A DNA stretch of 64,000 nt, from positions 11,762,883-11,826,882 of the forward strand of contig CM119269.1 in the NCBI GenBank assembly GCA_051294375.1, in the 5' to 3' direction. The stretch's first letter is position 1. Every line of letters starts with the position of its first letter. Shown piece by piece: positions 12,854-25,500 of this stretch. Source of the DNA: Paraspadella gotoi. Its lineage: Eukaryota > Animalia > Chaetognatha. The position numbers and the translations under genes were made by a program. The notes under the pieces are model-generated. The model ran no database searches. It was not told the DNA's origin and saw nothing but the letters and a program-made list of their open reading frames with translations.

Positions 12854-13419
12854 GAAGGTTTCATTTGTTTTTGTTTTCACCACATCGTCACTGTTTCGAA
12901 AGTTTTAAATGTCAAAACCCTGATAAACAGGAATAACAAAATGTTTTAGTTCTTTTTTTTTTTAATCGAAATGTCAATATTTGGTTTCCGTTTTTGTGCC
13001 AAACGAAATCGAAATCAGAAATGTTTAAAATTTGAAATGGGTTTAACTAAAAGGTGCAAAACCGTATAATTAAGCCTCAAAAAATTTTAAAAATGAGAAA
13101 ATTTTGGCGTTTCGCTAACATGTAGTTCACAAACTTAAAGATGCGTAGACTTGTGATAAAAATTTGCTTTTTCGAGAACTTGTCATGAAAACACGAGGTG
13201 GTGAAAGATTTAACCTACTAAATTTAAAGAAAGGAAAATAAAAAGAAATTCTGGGAAAAATGAACAAAAAAGGGCACACTCGTAAAAGAGTGCCCAGATA
13301 GAGCATAAAAAGTTAAACAAGTAATTACAGCTTTTAAAAATTCTTACGTTTTCTATGTGAAAATATTAAAAAAATGATAAAATCATTTAAAAATGATGAT
13401 GATGATGATTTTTTACGGT

Positions 13420-14107
13420 TTTTAGTCGGATCTGCTTTCAGCAGATCCCGACTCTATAATTCGCTTTGTCGGTCCGTCGGTCCGCCCCCTCATTCTTGTC
13501 GGGCATTCATTTATATCATGTCAGAACATCGAATTATGATAAATTATGCAAATAAAAATTGTCCTTCCGTCCGTCTGTCTGTCTGTCCGTCCATTCATCC
13601 CAAAAAACTTCAATTACTCGTGATTGGATGGATGGATAAGAATGAAATTTTGTGTGTGGGTAGGGAAGGTGTGATTGGAGCGAGATAATGAAGTTTTTAA
13701 TAAAATCGTAGGCGAGTGGAAAAGAGTTTAAATAGAAAAAACAAAAAAATATATTTCACTCTTTGAACACCAATTACTAGAAATCAAGTTTCGATGGAAT
13801 CGTTTGAGTGGAAATTAGATTAATTGATTATTCTTCTTTTTCTTTTTATTTTAAATGTAAATGCATGTATTAATTAATCAAATAATTTACCAGTTAATTA
13901 ATTAATTAGGGTCAATTAATTAATAAATAATTAATTAATCAGTCAATTAATCAATCAAAACAAACATTTCAGATCAAATTGCCAAATTAATTAAATAATT
14001 AACTTGAATAAATTAATTATTAATTAATTAAATAATTAATTAACTTGATTAATTAATTACAGATAATGATCGTGGGCAGATCCGACATTGTTTGCTCAAA
14101 ACTTGTT
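13420..14107 (+). mobile_element. Complete DINE-1/Helentron-like (HINE) element
   Basis: 5' TTTTAGTCGGATCTGC-tttca-GCAGATCCCGACT hairpin, GTCY repeats, and 3' subterminal GCAGATCCGAC followed by TTGTTTGCTCAAAACTTGTT. Confidence 0.7.
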
Positions 14108-14920
14108 CTTATTTTTGACTCACTTATCATAAAAATATTTAAAAAATAGTTATACTTTGTGTAGACAACTTTTTATGAGCTATCTGAATCTGGTCTTAAA
14201 ATTTAAAAATAATAAAAAAAATTTTGGCCTTTCCTATTTATAAATAAATATTAAAAAATTAATTATTTGGCTATAGCAGCACATAAGAAATGTTTTGTCC
14301 ATTGAAAGTATACTTGGAAATGTTTAAATTTTCGTTTGAGCATGTAATCATTCTAAATTTTTGACTCACCCCGATGGACTAGGTATTTAAAAAAGGAAAG
14401 CCAAAGAGTTGGGCGAATATTTTAATTTACTCAAGAAACAAGCACTTTTAGCGAAATTAAAATTCATATTTCTTTTTATGTTATGATCTTTGATGAATTA
14501 TGATTAATTAAAGACATGTAATTAAGTTATGACACAAATAATCACGTAAAAAAATACTAATATGAAAATTGCAAAATTACTTGTTTTACTATATTGGTCT
14601 ATGTAAAGTTTAAATATATAACGAGATTTCCGGCCCGGAATCCCGCGACCCCAAAAAAAAAACTCGGGCATTTAATCGTGGCCCTGGCCGCTATTTTGAT
14701 GCTGGAGTTTAAATTCTGTTGAGACACGCGAGTTGACGGATCCAAATGACAGTCGAAATAAAAAAAGGTTAAAAAATAAAAGGGTTTTTTTTTTAGTTGT
14801 TCCTGATCCAAAATTTCCTTAAAAACGAGTTTTTGATGCAAGAATCCGACTCGACGAAAATTATTGGCGATCTGTCATTGAAATCAATCAGAAGACACCA
14901 GTTAAACCGGTCAGAGTTTT

Positions 14921-14970
<50 letters not shown>

Positions 14971-15046
14971 AAAGATTGTCTTTCCGGTTAGATTTTCAAC
15001 TCTGAATGTTTACACTTCCTGGAGATTCACCTTGTTCCTTAACCAT

Positions 15047-15601
15047 TAAGGCGTAGTGAAAGTTACATACGAAAATTCTAAAAGTCAATTATGAACAACA
15101 TACCATCAGTGAACATTAATTTGTAAACAAAATTAATTCTATGTTTTTTAATTTTCGCAGTAGGCTATATTTATATATAGTACTATCCTTATAAAATAGA
15201 AATCAAAATAAGCTTTTCTTAATTTTGGTTGCAGATTTGAATTCCTTGTCAAAAGCTGATAAAAGAAAATATAAATTATTTTTAAAAATTCTTTTATTAA
15301 GTTGGTTAAAAATTAGAAAAACTATATTTAATATATAAAAAATTAATTTTCAGCTTAAAATATAGCTTTTTCTAATTTTTGACCCACTTAATGAAGGAAT
15401 TTTTCAAAAAGAGTTATAATTCTTTATATCAACTTTTTATGACGAATCCAAATCTGCAAAAAAGATCTTAGAAAAAAACTGTTTTGAAATTTTAACATTT
15501 ATTGGTTTATTACTAGTATAAATATGGCCTACTGTGTAAATTGTAAAATTTCACTTTTAGAATTTTAATTAAAGTTAAATTTAGAAATTTTACTACCCTT
15601 A
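15047..15601. mobile_element. hAT-type MITE
   Basis: TAAGGCGTAGT...ACTACCCTTA ends; perfect 8-bp TSD TTAACCAT. Confidence 0.85.
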
Positions 15602-16838
15602 TTAACCATTTATACTTTTTTTTCGAAAGAAAATTAACAAAAGGTTAATCGAAATTTAAATACAGTTTAGTAAACAATATTTATTCAATTGTGTACATTG
15701 GTTCGAAGAGGCTCTTTACGCTACGGTTTTAGTTTAAAGGACCAATATGAATGTTAAAAGACGCAAAAATATAAATTTTCGCGCGGATTTTATCAGCGAA
15801 TAACGGGTTTAATTCAAATAAAAGAGGAAGCGAATAATCGATTTTGCGACTCGTTTCATCATTTCTCCTGCAGCGTTCTGGGTAGGGTCATTTTTTCCCC
15901 CGACTTACCAAATTTATTAATTCGCCTTCTTCACTTTCGTTTCTTATTACTCTTAGTCAGAGTCGTTCCGTCACAGGATGAAAATCTTAAACCCATCAAT
16001 AAATATTAATGGTCGTTCAAAGGTTTTTCATGTTGTTTTTTTTTTAATGAAATTGGTACAACCAATATAAAAATTATCCATTCATTTGCTTATATTGAAC
16101 GGTTCTTTCACTAACACATAACAATAATTAGTGTCTCTTCAATACACTTAAATTAAGGCCTCATTCACTCTTACAAGATAATGACATAGCCGGTCCCTGC
16201 AAGCTTTCCATCAACACTCTCTCACAGTCTCGTTTATATACTCCCAGAGTACCTGGCCTCCCTATCAATGAAGTGATATAATATTTCAAAGAATATTATT
16301 TTAAAAGATATACCAGGTCTTTTACCAGTAAAAAAAGAATATATAAATATATAAGATTAATATAAATTTAATATAAATATGTATAAATAAATTTATGAAA
16401 AAGATTTATTAATTTTGTTATTTTGTCCGCAAATTGATAAAAAGAACAAGTTTAAGAAGTCAAATATTCAGTTTTTTTAAAATTATTAAAAAGCTGTACT
16501 CAAACTTTTTTCTTTAAAAAAAAGGGGTTACAGTCGAATTTCCAATCCTCTGATAAATAACCTAATTCGCTTTTAAAGAAAAATCCTCAAAAAAACTTCC
16601 TTTGTCAGGCTAAAAAAAAATTCCTCAAAAACTCCCTTTGTGAGGTAAAAAAAATTCCGTAATATAAATCAATTTTAATGTTATTATCTTGAGAGAGAGT
16701 TTGAATTGGTTCGAACAACTATTTTATTATCATGTTATTATCATTGGATAGAAATAGAGGCAACATGATATGAAATTCATTAAACAAATAAATAATTTTT
16801 ATATGTATTGATTTAACCATTTTATATAAAAAGTAGAA

Positions 16839-16896
<58 letters not shown>
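16839..16896. repeat. (ATT)n microsatellite
   Basis: Seen directly; explains the poly-N ORF at 16719-16904. Confidence 0.95.
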
Positions 16897-16897
<1 letters not shown>

Positions 16898-17755
16898 ATT
16901 TCATAAAATGTTAAGCGGCATTTTTCGCAATTGTCCCCCTGTCCGTTCATAAATCTTGGTTTCTGTTCCACGCACAACAAAGTAAATCATACCGACTATC
17001 GCCTGCTTCAGACGCTTCAAAACAGAATGAACCAGGTCGCATCTATTATTGAACATGTACAATGTATGTTAAGTAGGTATATTTAAAGATCTCGTAATTT
17101 CAGGATTAAAAAAGTAAGATGCGTAGTTGGAGATACTGGTCCCGCATTTTCGTTGGTTATCGTGGATCCTTGCCGCTTTTCGGCCACATGGTGCGGGGAC
17201 TTTTCCTTATCTTTCTTTTTTTTCCTTATCTTTCTTTCTTTTCCTTTTTTTTCTTTCTTTTTCTTTCTTTCTTTCTCCTGTCCGCTAAAATCTCGTCATC
17301 CTTCTCTTGCACTCCTCTTCCCGATTCCATCCCAACCGTTAGACCGGTTTGGACTGGATTTTTTATTTGCAAACTCGAGGGAAAAGTTGCCGATGCAGTC
17401 TTACGTCGCAGTTTTGAGGAAATGGCGTTTTCAGAATACCTCTTGCAGTTCAAAATATCCAAATGTACCCTTTTGTATATCATTTTGTTTTATTATACGT
17501 TTTAAATCTATTTTCTTTTTTCTATTTCATGAAATTAAAAACACGTACGTATGAATTTATTCAATTCTCAAAAATAAACGATGAACGAAACTCTCGTCTC
17601 TTGTTGATAAAAACTGAAACTCAATCATTGCGCCGTTGAAAATCACGCAAAAAGAAGGGTTTTTAGGCACAGTGAAAACAAACAAAAAGCCCAAAGACTG
17701 ATAGCCAAATAGGTTAATAATGGAAAAGGAAACGGCTCTGCAATTCAGTTTGTTA

Positions 17756-19181
17756 CACTGCGGCCCAAAAAAGTAGCCACTTTTTCACTTCGGAAAAAAC
17801 CGTATTGAATGGCTGAATTCTATAAAGATATAGAAATAAAAAATAAAGCTTTTTGAAGGATGAAGCGATAGATCCAAGTCCCAATAAAATCGAGCAAAGC
17901 GTTCAAAAGTTATAGGACGAGAAAGTTGATCGATACGAAAGTCATTAATCAAATAATTAATCAGCTAATTAATCACTTAGTTAATTAATTAAACAATAAT
18001 TAATTAATCAATTAATTAATCAATCAATTAATTATTAAATAAATCAATTATTCATCTACTAATTAATTATTCAATTAATTAATATATTTATAAATTAATT
18101 ATTTAATCAATCAATCAATCAAGTCAATTGTTATTGGCATTACCGTCGTCGTCGCCATTATCGTCGTCATTGCTTTTGTCAAGGTAAGTGATGAAAAGAC
18201 CTAAAAACAAACATTTCGAAACAAATTAATTAATTTATTAATTAACTACCGCTAATAATCGTAAATGGAAAAAACAAAAGTCATATTTACTTGAAGTATT
18301 TTTACTTATATTTACTCATAATTATTATATTTATTAAAAATAGGTTAGATAAATTAAAATGAAATTTTGTGTGTGGGTAGTAAACTATGAGATTAAGCTG
18401 GATATAAGTTTTTTATGGAATCGTTGGAGTGGAAAAGAGTTTAAAACAGAAAAGCAAAACGCAAAAGACACATTTATGTCAAATTTTAAAAGTTTTTCTC
18501 TATCTCTCTCTGATTGATTGATTAATTGATAGATTGACCAAATTATGCCAATTGACCAAATTATGCCAGTTGACCAAATTTTGCAGTTGAGCAAATTATG
18601 TCAGTTGAGTAAATTATGACAATTGACCAAATTATGCCAGTTGACCAAATTATGCCAGTTGATCAAATTATGCTAGTAGACCAAATTATGCCAGTTGATC
18701 AAATTATGCTAGTTAACCAAATTATGCCAGTTGATCAAATTATGTCAGATGACCAAATTATATCAATTGACCAAATTATGCCAGTTGATTTAATTATGCA
18801 ATTATAATAAATTATGCAAGTGGTATTGGCACAGCTACTGGTAATGATTGATAGATCAATTAATTTAGAGATTTTTCCATAAATTTATTAAAAAGTCTGT
18901 TATGATTTGTTATAATCACAAATTGAGAGTCAGAAAAATTACCATGATTTATCATCGGATTCGCTTATTACCGCTTAATTATCATTGTCGGATCCGACAT
19001 TGTTTGCTCAAACTTGTTCCTAATTCCGTTTTTTGACTCTATATTCTACTGCCTGAACCAATTAATTTTTTTCTTGCTTTTTAAAAAAACTATACTTTTC
19101 ATAAATATTTCCCTAAAATTAATAAAGAAATAGTGACGTATTTAAAGCTAACAAGTGGCTACCTTTTTTTGCGCCGTCGTG
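17756..19181. mobile_element. Tc1/mariner-type non-autonomous element with a nested HINE
   Basis: TA-CACTGCGGCCCAAAAAAGTAGCCAC ... GTGGCTACCTTTTTTTGCGCCGTCGTG-TA: imperfect TIRs with TA flanks. Confidence 0.75.
18534..18818. repeat. 18-bp minisatellite, about 15 units
   Basis: Consensus TGACCAAATTATGCCAGT in tandem. Confidence 0.95.
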
Positions 19182-19552
19182 TAGTCTATCTATAGATCTG
19201 ATAGAGAATTAATCTGTTGAAAATTCCTTGATTATCGATGCGGTTTGACAGTGACATTTTCACTGACATCATTTTTTTGCATAATTTATCATAATTCGAT
19301 GTTCTGACTTAATTTAAATAAATGCCCGACAAGATTGAGAGGGCGGACCGACGGACTGGATTATAGAAAAAGTAAAAAGACGAGCACATATTTAAATTAA
19401 ATTTTTTGCAGAGAAAAATTTATAAAAATTGAATTTGAAATATAGTATCATAAAGTGTAAGAACTTATCTCAGTTCCACACGATATGTAAAAGTTAAAGG
19501 ACAGTACCATTGGGTCACACTGTAGGCTTGAGCTGTGGTGCACACTGCACAG

Positions 19553-22500
19553 TAGGGTGGAGTGATGAAAATATTGAGCGATAGAACAATGTTTTTTTGC
19601 TGCCTTTGTATATGTAATAAAAATAATTAAGCTCCTTTTCAAAAAAATTTTGCATAACAGTATCATTAATTGAATTTTCTTATATAGTAATTTGGGAAGA
19701 TGGGTATCTAGCTAAAGGTAGGTACTAACTAGTCTCTCATCAGGGAAAAGAGGTAAGTAGGGTAAGTATGTAATGGTAATAGGAAAACAGATATAACAAA
19801 GGGTATCAAGGGTACATAAAGGGAGAAAAGGGAGAGGGAAGGTTTTCAGACCCCGAGACCGAGAGGAGAAGTTGAGAGAGTAAGTCGATCTCCAAGACTT
19901 CTATCCGTGACTCCGGGGATGAAGAGGGACGACGAGGGGAGGAGGAGGCGTTGGAGAGAGGGAGAGAAGGCCCGGGGAGAGAGAGGTTCTGGTAAGGTGA
20001 GCCCTCTATGCTTGTTGCCCCTTCTCTTGGTCGGAGACGCCCACTTGGGTCTTGAATGTCACAGGTGGGCGTCGCCATCATCTTGGTGGGGCGTGGAGTT
20101 TGTGAGAGAATCAGGGGCAGAGGCGGACGCCGGCCGGGTTAGGCGGATTGGTGGGTGGACGCGAAGTTTGGGCGGGGGGGATGTCGCTTAGGCTCCTCTA
20201 GAGTCGACGCCTTCATTGGTTGGTTTGGACGTGGCGCTGGTTGGAGAGGGTGGAACCGGAAGTCATTGCTGGTTCGCCGAGAGTCTTTGGTGGGGAGGCT
20301 TTGGTGGTTCGTTTTGGGGAGGGAACGGGGGGGTAACAATATTCGGAGGGAAGGAGAAGCACGCTTTTTTATAATCATCTAAAATTGTTTTCTGTATTTT
20401 TTTTTTCATGAAAATCAACTATGAATTTGGGTCTGGATAAAAAGGTAGTTTCATAGAAAAAAAAATAAACCCAGTTTCATTAAAATATTGAACAAGAGAA
20501 GAAGAGAAAAAAATGTTGAAACTAACAATTAACTATACTGTAGAGCTAACAATTAAAAACCCACTACGAGATGATGAAACACACAATCTAAATATGAAAC
20601 TAGAAACGTTTCAATGATAATTAAAATTTGTTTTTAAAGATTACAAAATTCTAAACTTAACGAGAAAATGTAGTCAGGAGCAATAAATCATACAGTGAAA
20701 TTAGAAATAAAATGCACTAAGAATTGATAAACTCACACAAGGAAGTATAAAACTAGAAACAATTTAAGTTTGAGAAGGGAAAAGGTAATTTTTTTTAAAA
20801 AACATTTTCAATTTCAAAATTTAAAGTTTAAATCCAGAAATTTCAAATTCTACTTTTTTACAAAGGGAAAAACGATTTTAAAAATGGGAGAGAAAAGATG
20901 GTGAAACTATCAATAGACCAAACTGTAAAACTAATAATTAAAACCCACTACGAGATGATGAAACACGCAATCTAAATATGAAACAAGAAACGTTTCAATG
21001 ATAATTAAAATTTGTTTTTAAAGATTTCAAAATTCTAAACTTAACGGGAAAAGATGGAAAAAAAAATGTAGTAACAAGCAATGGATCATACTGTGAAAAT
21101 AACCAATAAAACTAAAAGGTGATGAAACGCTCAATAAAATCAAATAAACTAGGAGTAAATAGCGTTTCAAAAAAACCGGAATTTTAAAAAAAAAATCTAA
21201 ATTCGAGATTAAAATTTTATAATCCGAAATTTAAAATTTTACTTTTCGGGAAATTATACGGTAAAGTAGCAACGGAAAAACTATGCAATAACACACTCTT
21301 TTGAACTGTAATTGTAACTAAAAAAATATAACTGTATTTTGAAAAAACAATAAGGGGTCATGTGTTACACAAAAGGAAAAAAAAATGGGGGGGAGAAGGG
21401 AAAAGGAGAGAGCAAGAGATAGAAGAGGAGACGATTGTCGTTGGTCCTATAGAGGTCGCTGCAGATCACCGTGATGAGAAAAAGGATGGCGTTGACCAGG
21501 AGAACGTAAGAAAGATGGAGATTTCGCCGGAGAGTCGCCGAGAGAGGTTGAAGTCGGAAGAGGGAATTTTTTGGTTTTTATTTTCATGATGCGGGAGTCC
21601 GTATGAAGGGTAGAGAGGGAGAGCGTGGGATGGGGGGGAGAGGAGAGTAATGAGAGAAAGGCGCCATCCCTATCGCCGGCGCCGGAATCGTCGCCATCGT
21701 CGTCGTCATCGTCTTCGCCATCGCCGTTTCTATCGCCGTCGCCGTCGCCATCGACCTAAGGGAGGACTCAGAAACCCATCTGGATAGTGAAATTGAGAAT
21801 GGTTTAAATATGTTATCGTGATAATTCTAAGCCGTGACCTTTTGTTTAACTTATTTANNNNNNNNNNNNNNNNNNNNNNNNNNNNNNNNNNNNNNNNNNN
21901 NNNNNNNNNNNNNNNNNNNNNNNNNNNNNNNNNNNNNNNNNNNNNNNNNNNNNNNNNNNNNNNNNNNNNNNNNNNNNNNNNNNNNNNNNNNNNNNNNNNN
22001 NNNNNNNNNNNNNNNNNNNNNNNNNNNNNNNNNNNNNNNNNNNNNNNNNNNNNNNNNNNNNNNNNNNNNNNNNNNNNNNNNNNNNNNNNNNNNNNTTCTG
22101 GGAATGAGTTTGACTAGAGATATTTTTTTTTTTATCTTTTGTTTTTTAAAGTGAACATTTCGGCAAGGAACAAGGCACAAAAAAAAAAAAACAGGGGTTA
22201 ACAAGTTTGTTTTCATACTAGGTTAACTTAAATAATTTTTTTATACTTCAATCAATACTTAATATAAATGTACTGATAAAAATATCAAATAACCGAAATT
22301 AATGATCAGAATTGATAAAGGAAAGGGGCAACGGAAACTAAGTTATCCTGGAGTCGGGAAGTAAAACAAAAGCGCAAAAGAGAAAAGATGCAAGACGCAA
22401 CGTCATAAATGACATTTTTGTGCAAAAAAAAAAAAAAAAACTGGTTTCAGACAGAGTAGAGACTAGTTTCAAGATAAGTTGGTGGTGGTTTCAGAGAAGG

Positions 22501-25500
22501 GGGCAAGTCATTAAGTCATTAAGACACAGCCATAACGAGAACTTAGAAGACGCTTTGAAGGGTATGATTTGGAGTTTGATTTGGTAAGATTTTTGGGTTT
22601 TTGTTTTGAGTTTTTGAGTTTTCGTATTTTGAAGAATCAGAAGGGGAGGGGAGGCAATCCTCTGGTTTTAGTACTTGGAGTGATCATTGTGATTCATGCT
22701 CANNNNNNNNNNNNNNNNNNNNNNNNNNNNNNNNNNNNNNNNNNNNNNNNNNNNNNNNNNNNNNNNNNNNNNNNNNNNNNNNNNNNNNNNNNNNNNNNNN
22801 NNNNNNNNNNNNNNNNNNNNNNNNNNNNNNNNNNNNNNNNNNNNNNNNNNNNNNNNNNNNNNNNNNNNNNNNNNNNNNNNNNNNNNNNNNNNNNNNNNNN
22901 NNNNNNNNNNNNNNNNNNNNNNNNNNNNNNNNNNNNNNNNNNNNNNNNNNNNNNNNNNNNNNNNNNNNNNNNNNNNNNNNNNNNNNNNNNNNNNNNNNNN
23001 NNNNNNNNNNNNNNNNNNNNNNNNNNNNNNNNNNNNNNNNNNNNNNNNNCTTGTCAAATTATTTATGTATTTTGTTTAAAATATTTTATTTCTGGTTAAA
23101 TGGCGCTGAGTCACAGATCAATAAGAGCTGGAGTTGAAGCNNNNNNNNNNNNNNNNNNNNNNNNNTTTTTTTTTTTTTTTTTTTGGGAGGACTCAGAAAC
23201 CCATCTGGATAGTGAAATTGAGAATGGTTTAAATATGTTATCGTGATAATTCTAAGCCGTGACCTTTTGTTTAACTTATTTAATACTGGGAATGAGTTTG
23301 ACTAAATCATTGATTGGGGTTTATTAAATAATTTGTTTTGCTTTTGTTTTTAAAGTGAACATTGCAAGGACAAGAGCAAAAAACGGGAGTAACTAAGTTT
23401 GTTTTCATACAGTTAACTAAATAATTTTTATAACTCAACATACTTAATATAAAGTGTACTGTAGATTCCATGGATGATGGTTGAACCAATGACTCATCTT
23501 TCGTTCCTAGGAAATGAGTCCAGCAGGAGAAATACCTGAAGCTAAGAGATTTAATCAGTGAAGGTTCAGATCTTAAGGAATTAATTTCAAAATGAATAAA
23601 AATATCAAATAACCGAAATTAATGATCAGAATTGATAAAGGAAAGGGGCAACGGAAACTAAGTTATCCTGGAGTCGAAAGTAAAACAAAGCGCAAAAGAG
23701 AAAAGATGCAAGACGCAACGTCATAAATGACATTTTGTGCAAAAAAAAAAAAAAAAACTGGTTTCAGACAGAGTAGAGACTAGTTTCAAGATAAGTTGGT
23801 GGTGGTTTCAGAGAAGGGGCAAGTCATTAAGTCATTAAGACACAGCCATAACGAGAACTTAGAAGACGCTTTGAAGGGTATGATTTGGAGTTTGATTTGG
23901 TAAGATTTTTGGGTTTTTGTTTTGAGTTTTGAGTTTTCGTATTTGAAGAATCAGAAGGGGAGGGGAGGCAATCTCTGGTTTTAGTACTTGAGTGATCATT
24001 GTGATTCATGGCCACTAGGTGACAGGTGTAAATCTAGAATTTCTTCAATAAATAATGTATATGACTGTTAAGTATATAAATATAAAATATATTTTAAAAA
24101 ATTATCTTATAATAAGCGCCACGGAAACATAAAGATTATTTTATTAACTATATATAGTTAAAAATTTGTTTTTGAATTTTTTCAATTTTTTTTAATGGAT
24201 TCTGATAGAGCTTTAAAAGTTAGATAAAGGTTATTAATACAAATTTAAAAAATTTTTTTGTTTTATTGATAAAATTTAAAAAACCATAAAATTCAGACCA
24301 ATGATGATGATGATGATGATTTTTAACGTTTTTTCTTTTAACCAATTTCTTTCAAAATTTAAAAAATTGTAGTACTAACTTTCATTTAACTTGTTCAAGC
24401 TCTAATAAGAATCCGTTCTTAAAAAAACTAACTTTTTAAAAAATTTTTTGTCATTTGTTATATATTAATAAATATTTAAAAGCTTCAGTGCAACAACCCA
24501 TATACTAATATACAAAGTTTGCATTGAAAATCGATTTAGTAATAGCAAGGCAAAAAAGGAATTTTTTTGAGAGAATTAAAAGTTATAAAAGTGTTCAATT
24601 TTGGCCGCCTTAAATGCTCACGTATTTCTCATTTCACCATCGGGTCTTGACTTGTTATTATTTCAGCAGGAAGGTTCTATGAATTTTGTAATCCCACTTA
24701 AGGGTTAGCGATGTCGCTTTTCAATTCAATCTTTTCCGGTAAGGCTTTCAATTTCTTCCCTGATTTTCACAACAAATGCAAGTTTGTTTAACTTTTGAAC
24801 TTGGTTTCTGACATGGAAGGGTCCAGATAACCCTCCCTCACTCATTCTTGTAAAGAAATGACAATGTGTTTAGAATAAATTTTTAATAAAATTTTTAGAG
24901 GCTCTGCCTTGTTCTTTCATTTCCTTTGTCAAAATTATTATGTATTTGTTGTATTAAAATATTTTACTTTCTGGTTAATGGCGCTGAGTCACAGATCAAT
25001 AGAGCTGGAGTTGAAGCAATCTTGGCTGGCTTTGAAGATGCTGTTGGGTTTAGAGAAATTGTTGGTATTGATGTTTCCCTAGGTTATTGATGTTGCTGTT
25101 GTTGTTAAAGTTGCTGTTGTTGGTGCATGTATCCTTGCTGGAAAAGTTGACATCGTCATGGAACTAATGGGGGTGGTAATGCAAAGTTACGTTTTGTGGG
25201 TTTTCACAGATGAAGGTGAAGTGAGGAATGGTGAAACCCATTGCAGACGAAACAACGACCATTAGACCGACAATGCTTGGAGACATGACCGGGCGTCAGA
25301 CATCTAAACAAAGTCGATGGTTTGTAGCAAATAATTTCTTGTCATTAAAATGAAGAGTTCTGAATTGAAAGCAGTGGGTTATTGAGTGGTCATTCCCGCA
25401 AAAGAGACAGGTCACAGATTTTGTAGATTGCGAGAGAGAGAAGAAGTTTTGGTGTTTTTACTTGAGTTGGTCTTTTCATTATGCGGCGCATATCTCCGAA

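Noticed and set aside
17119-17554. Overlapping 128-133 aa ORFs
   Set aside because: Low-complexity T-rich frames with no recognisable motif or consistent splice structure.
21818-23099. Long ORFs containing X runs
   Set aside because: Artefacts of translating N gaps.
21760-24010. Tandem duplications around the N gaps (21760-21857 vs 23185-23282; 22277-22700 vs 23596-24010)
   Set aside because: Near-identical sequence at contig edges, most likely unmerged overlaps.
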